DNA of 64,000 nucleotides from NCBI GenBank assembly GCA_000165345.1, contig CM000434.1, positions 288,001 to 352,000 of the forward strand, read 5' to 3'. Shown piece by piece: positions 55,850 to 64,000 of this stretch (position 1 is its first letter; each line of letters starts with the position of its first letter). The notes under the pieces were generated by a model. It saw only the letters and a program-made list of their open reading frames with translations, ran no database searches and was not told where the DNA came from. The position numbers and the translations under genes were made by a program.

Positions 55850-57967
55850 ATGCAATCAATTATAAAAAATGCGTTTGATAAAGTATCAGTTATTAAGGAT
55901 GTAGTCGGGAACTCTATTGAAGAAGCAGTCAAAAGCAATTCAAGAGATGCTTCATATGTATTTAACTCGGGATCTTCAATTTCCACTAGTATTGTTAATT
56001 GGGCTGAAAAAAACAATGTTTCTGAAAGGGCCAACAATATCAAAGTAAGTGCGAGCATGTTTGTTGAAGATTTAGCGACTGGCTTAAAGGGTATGACCAA
56101 TAACATTACAATTCAGAGCAATTTAACCTTGGAAAAATCAAATCAACGTAAATTATTCCAGGAAAAAAGCGAATACGACTATTTTTCTGGAGAATTTGAC
56201 TCTATTGATAATATTGATAAGTTTTATGATGATAATAAATCTTCTATTAAATCTGTTTACAAACCGGAAAATACATTTAGAGAGATACACCAAACAGAAT
56301 ACGAGCTTCCAAGTGAAATAGAAAATCCTCAAATAATACCAATTTGTAACCCTAATAAAAGTTCTAATTCCGACAAAATATGTTTTACATCTGGAGATTT
56401 AGATATTGAATCTAATGGCTCGAGTTCAAATGAATTAATTGGTGAACCGATAAAAGATAAAAAACTTATTCAAGACTGCGATAAATCAGATAATGAATGT
56501 AACTTACTAGATCTTGATAAATCTAGCTATCAAAATTCAGAAGATGGGTTAATGTTTTCAATTAATGAGAGAAAAAATGATCATGATAAGAAAATCGTCT
56601 TGTCAAATAATCAATCAACAATACCCGAAAATTGTACTCAAATTTCTAATACTGATTGTGAATATTTTGAAAACACTAAAAACCAAAGACACGATAATCA
56701 TTTTAAAAATCGATCTAAGATATATAGCCCCAATTCATCAAGTATTGAGCCTCAAGAAACATCTCAAGAAGTGAATTTGGACGTAAAAAATCATCAAATA
56801 AGTAAATTTGAAGAAAACTCGAAAAATGATAATAACCCTCAACTTAATCCACTTACTTTTTTCCAAGAAATTTCCAAACTTAAAGAACAAAATAAATCCC
56901 TTGAAAATCAATTGGAACAAGTAAAAAATGAATCTGTTGAACTTAAAGAAAAGGTTAATATGAAAACAAAAATCATAAATTCGATTAATTCTAGACTTTC
57001 TAAATTGGAAATTGAAAAGAAATCTTTGAATAACTACATAACTGAACTTGAAACTTCAAAGGCAGAATATAAATTGAAAATTGATGAGTTGGAGCATCTC
57101 AATCTTAACTTAAAACTAAATGAAGATGTTAATAAGGAACAAACAAATACTATTAGATCTCTACAAGAGAAAATAGCCGAATTAGAAAATGCGCTGGCTA
57201 TAGGTGAAGCAAATAAGATTGAATCTCTAAAAACTTATCAGAATGAAATTTCAGAACTTAGATTAAAGTTATCTAATTCAAAGGAAAAAGAAAGCAGTAA
57301 TTACAAGCCTTATATTAATAGAATAAGTGCATTAGAACATCAGCTTAGTGAATTAAGAAGAAGGCACTCGAATGAACTACAAAGATTTGAAACAATAATA
57401 GATGACTTAAAAAAAAAATCATTCAAAGATAGGACTGAAAAAGAAGTATTGGAAAACAAACTAAAAGATGCAAATAAGCTTCATCAAGAAACTATCGAAA
57501 ATTATGATGTTCAAATTTCTCAGTACCAATTTGTTCTAGATCAAATTGAAAATAGTAAAGTATCAAATTCCCACGATACAAAGAAATTAATTGATTCAAA
57601 TAAAAGTTTTAAGCTTTCAATATGTAATGCCAATGAGTTAATAATTGAATGCAAACATTCTGATAGCGGAGAAATGAGTTTTAATCAAAATACATTGCCT
57701 TATTTAAACCACACGATTTTATCAAAGCCAAATGTTACAACGCAGCTTTCAATGTTAAATCCTCTACAAGAAGAAATTAAACAAGCTTTGCACGATAAGC
57801 AACTATTGGAGGATGAATATTTTATTGTTTACGAAAAAAACAAACAAATCGGTCAAGAACTGGAAGAAGAAAAACAACGAAATAGACTTCTCCAACAACA
57901 ATTGGAGGCTATGTTTAAATTGGTAAATGATTTAAGCATCAAACTTGATGAATCTAAAAAATCATAA
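55850..57967 (+). CDS. Hypothetical coiled-coil protein (705 aa)
   Basis: ATG verified. The C-terminal ~350 aa have a heptad-like pattern (LKEQNKSLENQLEQVKNESVELKEK...LQEKIAELENALAIGEANKIESLK...). No enzymatic motif. Confidence 0.5.
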   Translation: MQSIIKNAFDKVSVIKDVVGNSIEEAVKSNSRDASYVFNSGSSISTSIVNWAEKNNVSERANNIKVSASMFVEDLATGLKGMTNNITIQSNLTLEKSNQRKLFQEKSEYDYFSGEFDSIDNIDKFYDDNKSSIKSVYKPENTFREIHQTEYELPSEIENPQIIPICNPNKSSNSDKICFTSGDLDIESNGSSSNELIGEPIKDKKLIQDCDKSDNECNLLDLDKSSYQNSEDGLMFSINERKNDHDKKIVLSNNQSTIPENCTQISNTDCEYFENTKNQRHDNHFKNRSKIYSPNSSSIEPQETSQEVNLDVKNHQISKFEENSKNDNNPQLNPLTFFQEISKLKEQNKSLENQLEQVKNESVELKEKVNMKTKIINSINSRLSKLEIEKKSLNNYITELETSKAEYKLKIDELEHLNLNLKLNEDVNKEQTNTIRSLQEKIAELENALAIGEANKIESLKTYQNEISELRLKLSNSKEKESSNYKPYINRISALEHQLSELRRRHSNELQRFETIIDDLKKKSFKDRTEKEVLENKLKDANKLHQETIENYDVQISQYQFVLDQIENSKVSNSHDTKKLIDSNKSFKLSICNANELIIECKHSDSGEMSFNQNTLPYLNHTILSKPNVTTQLSMLNPLQEEIKQALHDKQLLEDEYFIVYEKNKQIGQELEEEKQRNRLLQQQLEAMFKLVNDLSIKLDESKKS

Positions 57968-58213
57968 TTATGTAAAATTATTATCGCAATTTATATAAAT
58001 AATGCAAACTGTCATCTGTTTAAAATTAGTAAATCATTTTTTTAAAAAAAAATTGCAAGTTCATTTAATTTATATTTTTTTCTTCGATGTGGCGATTTTA
58101 ATCCACATAAATGCATTTGCACCACATGAAATATTTTCTCAACTGAATTGCATTGTCGTTGTATTACTGAAGAAATATATTCTCATTAATTATTAAATTA
58201 TTAATTTAATAAT

Positions 58214-60697
58214 ATGAAAATTTTGCGTCTTAAGTCACTTTTCTTTTTTCTTGAACTTTCATTGATAATAACTAATTCGAGTACGTATATTCCAAATGAC
58301 AATAAAATATTTTCTGGAGTATTTCTTCAATTATCAAGTAGAGAATTTGGAATCAAACAAAATAATGACAAAATTCAGGTAGGCTATAAAAATCAAACTA
58401 TAATAAGAACCGAATATAAAGATCATGACATTTCGCTTTGTGACATTGGATTCGCAATTTTGACAGCTCCCAAATATTTCAATACCAGAGTGAAAGATTT
58501 AAAAAATAGTTGGTTGAGACATTTATGTAGAACTGGTGGTGAACAGCAATTTTCTAGCAATTATGTGTTAATTTCATCTGAAGAACATACTGATATACCA
58601 ACAATGATACCCAATTGCGAAGAAAATTATCTAAATCTTTGTTGTAAAACTCTTGCATCTTACAAGTGGATGGTCAAAAATTGGCCAAAAAAAAAGTGGT
58701 ATATGAAACTTGATGACGACACTTTTGTGATTTTATCAAACTTAATTGATGAATTGAGCTCGTTTAATTCGAATGATAATATATTAATCGGTGGGCAAAT
58801 CTATTTAACATTAGAAGATTCATTGGCTAATTCTGTTACTGGTAGGTCGAATACTTTGCATTGGAAATATCATGGTGAAGTTATAAAAGGGATCAGAGGT
58901 GGTGCAGGGTATTTGATGAGCAACTCTTTAGCAAACTTATTTATAAAAAATGGACAAAGATATTTAGATATCTGCAACGATGGTGGCTCAAAATTTAAGA
59001 CATTCGAAGATGTATCTTTGTCACTATTGATTACAGAACTAGTAGGACAAAAATCAATAAAACACATCCCAGGGTTCCACTTTCATAACCCTGAAATCTC
59101 TTATCGTAATGGTTTTGATAAAAGGGGATTTAGACCCATTACATTTCACATGATGCACGATACTAGTAGAATGGAATTTTTTGATTATTTGTTGAATGGC
59201 TCAATGAGGCCTCCAACTTATTCATGTAACCACAGCTCTACAAATATGTGTATCTCTGAATTTGATCTTTCAATATCATCAAAATACTGGGATCCTGTTT
59301 ATTTTGGCCCATTGAGTTCTAATAGTTCAAAAATACTCGGGAAAAATGCTGTTTATAAAAGTAATTCTAAATCTGAGCATATATATATATACAACTCAAA
59401 TAAAAACAAAGTTGAATCTTTAAATAATTTAAATGTATCAAAGGTGAAACCTGTACAAAAAAGTACAATAGAAATGTCTTATCCAGAATATAGTCAATTA
59501 TCAAATATGCAAGTTACAAATGTATTCAAATTTGACGAACATTTAAATAACACAAATATTCCATTACAATTTAAATATAACTCGTTAGAAATAGAACATC
59601 CATGCAAAAATTTAATAGAGGAATATTCTAACAAATTAAAAAGTTACTATAAACAAGTTTTCACCGGAATTAAAGAGGTATTGTTTGTTGGTTTCCCAGA
59701 TCATCCAAACAGAGGAGATTCTGCAATTTTTACGGGTGCATTAATATTATTGGAATACTTGAAGATAAAAATTATTAAGGTAGTTCATTTATTGAATGAA
59801 TATAATGTGAATGAGATTCTTAATTCATTTAGCTATAAAACCGAGGAGAGAGCTATTATTTTCCATGGTGGAGGGAACTTTGGTGATTTATATTCTCATC
59901 ATCACGAATTAAGACATATTGTACTTAATGATTTTATTGATTACAAAATTATTATGTTTCCTCAGACAGTATTTTTCAAAAATGAAATAAATAAAGTTGC
60001 TACCAAAAAAAATTTTGTTAATCACAAAGGAGAAATATTCCTTGCAGCTAGAGACGGACACTCGTTGAAAATTATGACTGAAATGTTCAATGACGTAAAA
60101 CACATCAAACTTGAGTTGTTGCCTGACATGGCATTTTTAATTGGGGACCAAAGAAAGAGAAGGGGCATTCCTTCTCTCGATATACTGGTGCACGCAAGGG
60201 TAGACAACGAAGCTCCAGATTTAATGTTCAACAATACATTGGTAAAGATGAGCAAAATTAAAATAGAGAGTGTAAAAAAAGTGATAAAAGATAGTATTGA
60301 AATTGAGAATAATTCTGGAAAAGGTAAACATTTAAGCAAAGGCAACATTTTGATAAAAAATAAAGAATGGATCGACTACTTGACAATATTAATTGACGAT
60401 TGGTTAGATAGTGATGCAAACTACAATAATTTAATTAGTTCAGATTATATTGAAAAGTCGATTTCAAGAACATTAGATGGAATGGCATTTTTGTCTAGAG
60501 CCAACTTTGTAATAACTAACAGATTACATGGTCATATATTATTAACACTTTTGGGAGTTTCGCACATTGTCATGGGTGACTCATTTGGGAAATTAACAAA
60601 TTTCAGAGAAACATGGACTGCTAGCTGTCCACTATCAAGCTGGCATGACGAATTTTCCGATGCATTAGTTAGCGCATCAAAAGAATTGTATCAGTAA
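58214..60697 (+). CDS. Secreted or type II two-domain glycan-modifying enzyme. The N-terminal domain is GT31 beta-1,3-glycosyltransferase (core-1 GalT/Fringe/B3GLCT-like). The C-terminal domain is polysaccharide pyruvyl-transferase-like.
   Basis: Signal/anchor MKILRLKSLFFFLELSLIIT. GT31: FAILTAPKYFNTRVKDLKNSWLRHLC...VLISSEEHTDIPT ~ C1GALT1 [25 protein letters not shown]...LFMSSEENKDFPA; DxD WYMKLDDDTFV ~ WFLKADDDTYV; GGAGYLMSNSLANLF ~ GGAGYVLSKEALKRF. C-terminal: FVGFPDHPNRGDSAIFTGALILL...FHGGGNFGD...ITNRLHGHILLTLLGVSHIVMGDSFGK resembles the PS_pyruv_trans family (N/GxGD...RLHxxI...G). Confidence 0.65.
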   Translation: MKILRLKSLFFFLELSLIITNSSTYIPNDNKIFSGVFLQLSSREFGIKQNNDKIQVGYKNQTIIRTEYKDHDISLCDIGFAILTAPKYFNTRVKDLKNSWLRHLCRTGGEQQFSSNYVLISSEEHTDIPTMIPNCEENYLNLCCKTLASYKWMVKNWPKKKWYMKLDDDTFVILSNLIDELSSFNSNDNILIGGQIYLTLEDSLANSVTGRSNTLHWKYHGEVIKGIRGGAGYLMSNSLANLFIKNGQRYLDICNDGGSKFKTFEDVSLSLLITELVGQKSIKHIPGFHFHNPEISYRNGFDKRGFRPITFHMMHDTSRMEFFDYLLNGSMRPPTYSCNHSSTNMCISEFDLSISSKYWDPVYFGPLSSNSSKILGKNAVYKSNSKSEHIYIYNSNKNKVESLNNLNVSKVKPVQKSTIEMSYPEYSQLSNMQVTNVFKFDEHLNNTNIPLQFKYNSLEIEHPCKNLIEEYSNKLKSYYKQVFTGIKEVLFVGFPDHPNRGDSAIFTGALILLEYLKIKIIKVVHLLNEYNVNEILNSFSYKTEERAIIFHGGGNFGDLYSHHHELRHIVLNDFIDYKIIMFPQTVFFKNEINKVATKKNFVNHKGEIFLAARDGHSLKIMTEMFNDVKHIKLELLPDMAFLIGDQRKRRGIPSLDILVHARVDNEAPDLMFNNTLVKMSKIKIESVKKVIKDSIEIENNSGKGKHLSKGNILIKNKEWIDYLTILIDDWLDSDANYNNLISSDYIEKSISRTLDGMAFLSRANFVITNRLHGHILLTLLGVSHIVMGDSFGKLTNFRETWTASCPLSSWHDEFSDALVSASKELYQ

Positions 60698-60793
60698 ATT
60701 AATGTGGAGAGTTAAATAAAAACCATAAAAAATACCTTATTAGATTATTTTTTGTAGATAATAGTTCAAAATAAAGCAATCAACTCTAAATTG

Positions 60794-61819
60794 TTAGTTT
60801 TCTGGAATATTTTCATTATTTTTTGATATTGTATGCGAGAAAATGAGAGGTTTTGGAATATTTGGGTATTTTTCTGCAATGCACTCGAGGATAATTTGAT
60901 TAGACCATGGCCCTATATTTGCATTGAACCATTCACCTTCATAATTAGGAGATCCACCTAAAAACTTAGGCAATTGATCAGGATCAACTAAATCAAATAG
61001 CACTGACTTCCAGTCGTCACTGTGGGTATAGACTGATATTTTTTTTGCAGTTCTTTCATCAATTAAAGGTTTAAGAAAGTTCCAAATAATTCCAAATATA
61101 CTTGGAGCATTTATTACGATCATTTTTCCGAGAAGTTCAGGATAATAATTCTGGCTAATGCTTACAAGCTCTTTGATAACTTTCCTGCAATTTCCATCAA
61201 ATTTGCCCATATTAAAGCCACTCATATCAATTATGTTTAAAGTAGAAAAATTCTGGAATTGAATTTCTCCCAAACTTAGCAAATTCATAATCTCGTCCTT
61301 GTTAATATTTGTGATATCTGAATCTTTGGGGAGATGCTCCTTCAATGCATTATATATTTGACACGATATTGAAATTACATTTACGAGGAACTCGTATTCA
61401 TATATCCACTGATTAAAGAAATTTTTTTCAGGATGGATTTCTAGCATTTGTTTAATATTACTGCTCCCAATACAATCAATATATATTGGTCTTCCCAACC
61501 TATCAATACCATGATACGCTCTTTGATATAAGTCTATTTTTATTGGTATTTGAGTGGTATTAATTAACTCTGCTACTTTTTTTTTTCCTCTCCATTCAAA
61601 ATACTTATTTAGCATTTCGGTTGATTTCTCAACATTGAATTGTCTTGCTTTCAAAAATCTAAAAAACAGTTTATAATCTGATTCACTAATACTTTCCAAA
61701 TTCAAATTAAAATTCTCGAGTAAGTTACTTAACTTAAGTTGTTGTTCTTTAAAGTCTATTTCGCATGAGCTATGCTTACTAGATAAGTGCCCAAAACCTT
61801 TTGGCCAACGGATTTTCAT
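60794..61819 (-). CDS. Sec14-like phosphatidylinositol/phosphatidylcholine transfer protein (CRAL-TRIO)
   Basis: The track start at 61846 is TTG; the first ATG is at 61819 (MKIRWPKG...). Collinear with Sec14: FRFLKARQFNVEKSTEML, DRLGRPIYIDCIG, NIIDMSGFNMGKF, SQNYYPELLGKMIVINAP, LKPLIDERTAKKISV, LPKFLGGS. Confidence 0.75.
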   Translation of the reverse strand: MKIRWPKGFGHLSSKHSSCEIDFKEQQLKLSNLLENFNLNLESISESDYKLFFRFLKARQFNVEKSTEMLNKYFEWRGKKKVAELINTTQIPIKIDLYQRAYHGIDRLGRPIYIDCIGSSNIKQMLEIHPEKNFFNQWIYEYEFLVNVISISCQIYNALKEHLPKDSDITNINKDEIMNLLSLGEIQFQNFSTLNIIDMSGFNMGKFDGNCRKVIKELVSISQNYYPELLGKMIVINAPSIFGIIWNFLKPLIDERTAKKISVYTHSDDWKSVLFDLVDPDQLPKFLGGSPNYEGEWFNANIGPWSNQIILECIAEKYPNIPKPLIFSHTISKNNENIPEN

Positions 61820-62152
61820 GTTGTTACAAGGGAATTTATCACTCAAATTTACCTTACTTTTTTATTCATATGTACCTTATGACAAACATTCAGTAAAAAT
61901 TAATATTTTTTCCACTATTAAAATTATTGGCGCAAAAGAAAATATGTTAAATATAGAGTTAAACAATTTAAATAATAATGAAGTTAAAAATTAATTAAAA
62001 AATTCTATGCAAAGTAAACAACATTAAAAACCTGTTACACTACTATGTGAATAGAATATCAGCTAGAAATTAATAGCTTAGTTAAGACCCATATTTGGGT
62101 TCTAATTTGTCTAAATTATTAACAAGTTATGGTATCAAAAGTATTTGCTCCG

Positions 62153-64000
62153 CTAATCTTTTAATGAATTTATAAATTCCTCAATTGAGATAGAATTAAT
62201 GATTTGACAACTGTCCTGCACCGAAATTGATAGTTTGCTTGATAAATTCCAATCTTTCAGAGGAAAATTTGTGTTCGATTGATCATTATTAGCCATTTTA
62301 TAGTTAATGTGGGAGAAATTAGGAAAATGGTTTAATGAATCCCATCTTGCATCCATAGTCTTTTTTGGTTCAAAATTTCTAGATAATTCACTAAAAATTT
62401 TCAAATCCTTAGACACTCTAAACATACTATTTCTTTGTCTCCAAATGAATAAATGACTAATCATCAATCTTGTGGATCTTAAGAGATTATATTTCTGTGA
62501 GCTCTTGATGCTTAATTGTTTTTTATTAGTTTTTTGCCCTTTCTCAATATTATCTTGAAAGGATCTTTTATTTGAAAAATAGAAATTGGCCTGATATGCC
62601 CTACTAAACCTAACCTTCATAGCATTTCTAGAAATGATACGTTTTTCTTTGCCTTTTAGCCTAAGCCAAAAGTTGGTGTGCACTGAATTACTACATTTAT
62701 GGCATATAAAAAGATTTGATTGGATGCTTTCATTTTTTAAGTCATTAAAAGTATCGATTGAATTTTTTGGGTTATAAATAACTGTGATTTTTGTTTTATT
62801 CCTTTTCAACGGACTAATTTCATTCATTAAAACAGAATCTTCAGTTCGGCAATAGTAGTCTAATAATTCTTTAAAATAAGACTCTTTGCTAATTTTACTG
62901 CTTGAGAACCAGTTAGGGAGACAAAATGAAGAAGAGGCGATAAATTGATTGCATTTCTTTAGACATGATTTGTGAATGCTTTTTGAACATATATCACATG
63001 ATAATAATGTTCCATGGCAAGAACAAACACTGCATTTTTCATCATCTCCAAGGCCTTGGTCAATAATAGGCCATGACAAGTCTTCATCAACAACTCTAAA
63101 TTTATTGAAAAAAAACGATAGTTTTTGAATGATTGTCCATCTACCTAAATCTACAGATCTGGAAAGGAAAATCTTCCAACCTTTTCCAAGTTCAATGTCA
63201 ATATTTGTCAAATTGTTAATTGCAAGTAGCCATGGATGGGACATTATATGGAGAAATATACCCTTTTGTCTAAATTGATTTAAAGAATATGAACGAACAT
63301 GTTTTTTATTTCTTTCGATTGAAGTTCCAAAATTATTTGAACATCTTCTTCTAGGTCGTTCAAGCTTTACAAAATTCATATTGAAAAACTTATTTTTATT
63401 CTCGCTAATTTCTTTGAATTTAACCCACCAATTGTTGTGCATTATATGCCTATTGCAACATTCTTGTTGGTTATGATAACCTTGCCAACACAAGGATGAA
63501 AATAAATGCCAAAGTGGCAGCTTAGTCGAATAATCTGTAAATTGTTCGTTTAAGTAATTATTGTTAAATAACGAGTTTTGAACCTCATTTATCAGTCTTT
63601 TGTCAACTTCAAAAATATTCAATGCTCTTTTTATAGCTTTATTTGATCTGTTCCTAATATGTTGTTCCTTCCAAGTCTTTTGATCCTCGATAATTTTTTC
63701 CCTCAAAAGAAGAAAAGACTCTAATGAATTTTTGTTATATGAGAAAGAATCTTGATCTGTTGACCCTCTTGTGACAACATTCAGATCCTTTTTTCTTTTT
63801 TTGTTAGTTGCTGGAATTAAAAATTCGCTGAATTCTATTGCTTCATGGATTTTTCTACTACCAATAACTTTTCTGCAATTCTCAAAATCACAGTTGCACT
63901 CAAGTAAACCTAAAAAACGAATAGGATTTTCATTTTTCCTAGCTAGATCTGGAGTGCATCGAGACATTAAATTTTCATAATCAATTGTTATCTCTGTACC
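62153..64000 (-). CDS. Cys-rich zinc-finger (PHD-like C4HC-type) protein. It is possibly 5'-truncated by the window edge.
   Basis: EKCSVCSCHGTLLSCDICSKSIHKSCLKKC cluster (C-x2-C-x8-C-x2-C-x4-H-x2-C). The ORF has an ATG at 63967, but the frame stays open to position 64000, so the true start may lie outside the window. Confidence 0.5.
   Translation of the reverse strand, partial: GTEITIDYENLMSRCTPDLARKNENPIRFLGLLECNCDFENCRKVIGSRKIHEAIEFSEFLIPATNKKRKKDLNVVTRGSTDQDSFSYNKNSLESFLLLREKIIEDQKTWKEQHIRNRSNKAIKRALNIFEVDKRLINEVQNSLFNNNYLNEQFTDYSTKLPLWHLFSSLCWQGYHNQQECCNRHIMHNNWWVKFKEISENKNKFFNMNFVKLERPRRRCSNNFGTSIERNKKHVRSYSLNQFRQKGIFLHIMSHPWLLAINNLTNIDIELGKGWKIFLSRSVDLGRWTIIQKLSFFFNKFRVVDEDLSWPIIDQGLGDDEKCSVCSCHGTLLSCDICSKSIHKSCLKKCNQFIASSSFCLPNWFSSSKISKESYFKELLDYYCRTEDSVLMNEISPLKRNKTKITVIYNPKNSIDTFNDLKNESIQSNLFICHKCSNSVHTNFWLRLKGKEKRIISRNAMKVRFSRAYQANFYFSNKRSFQDNIEKGQKTNKKQLSIKSSQKYNLLRSTRLMISHLFIWRQRNSMFRVSKDLKIFSELSRNFEPKKTMDARWDSLNHFPNFSHINYKMANNDQSNTNFPLKDWNLSSKLSISVQDSCQIINSISIEEFINSLKD

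Overview
The window is an AT-rich (~30% GC), gene-dense eukaryotic segment. Genes lie on both strands, with intergenic spacers from 26 to about 740 bp, and most are intronless with only a few short GTAAGT...AG introns. I think it is an apicomplexan chromosome, most likely Cryptosporidium-like. The reasons are a ribosomal protein S23 starting MGSGKP as in Plasmodium, a secreted protein combining TSP1 and Apple/PAN domains, upstream GGCGCC/TTTSSCGC (E2F-type) and TGCATGCA motifs, and standard stop codons. This assignment is an inference and I do not claim a locus ID.

The supplied ORF track uses alternative (TTG/GTG) starts, so I re-anchored several starts to the first in-frame ATG. This affected 14369->14408, 28348->28408, 51934->51946 and 61846->61819. 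The tracks at 11842, 14170 and 32269 start on GTG/TTG.

Recognised genes are a giant HECT-like E3 ligase, a DNAJC9-like J protein, diphthine synthase, an NTMT1-type N-terminal methyltransferase, a Grc3/NOL9 kinase, a Sct1/Gpt2-type GPAT, a RING-H2 ligase, a secreted TSP1/Apple protein, a CCCH zinc-finger protein, a multipass membrane protein with a C-terminal START domain, Hus1, a class I HDAC, RPS23, Med21, the Prp22/DHX8 helicase, a CDK9/12-like kinase with an (ER)n tail, an E2F factor, and a Sec14-like protein. RPS23, Med21 and Prp22 are spliced.

The most unusual gene is a secreted two-domain protein that fuses a GT31 (core-1 beta3-GalT/Fringe-like) domain to a polysaccharide pyruvyl-transferase-like domain. 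Several large helical or low-complexity hypothetical proteins remain unassigned. No tRNA, rRNA, transposon or CRISPR feature was seen.
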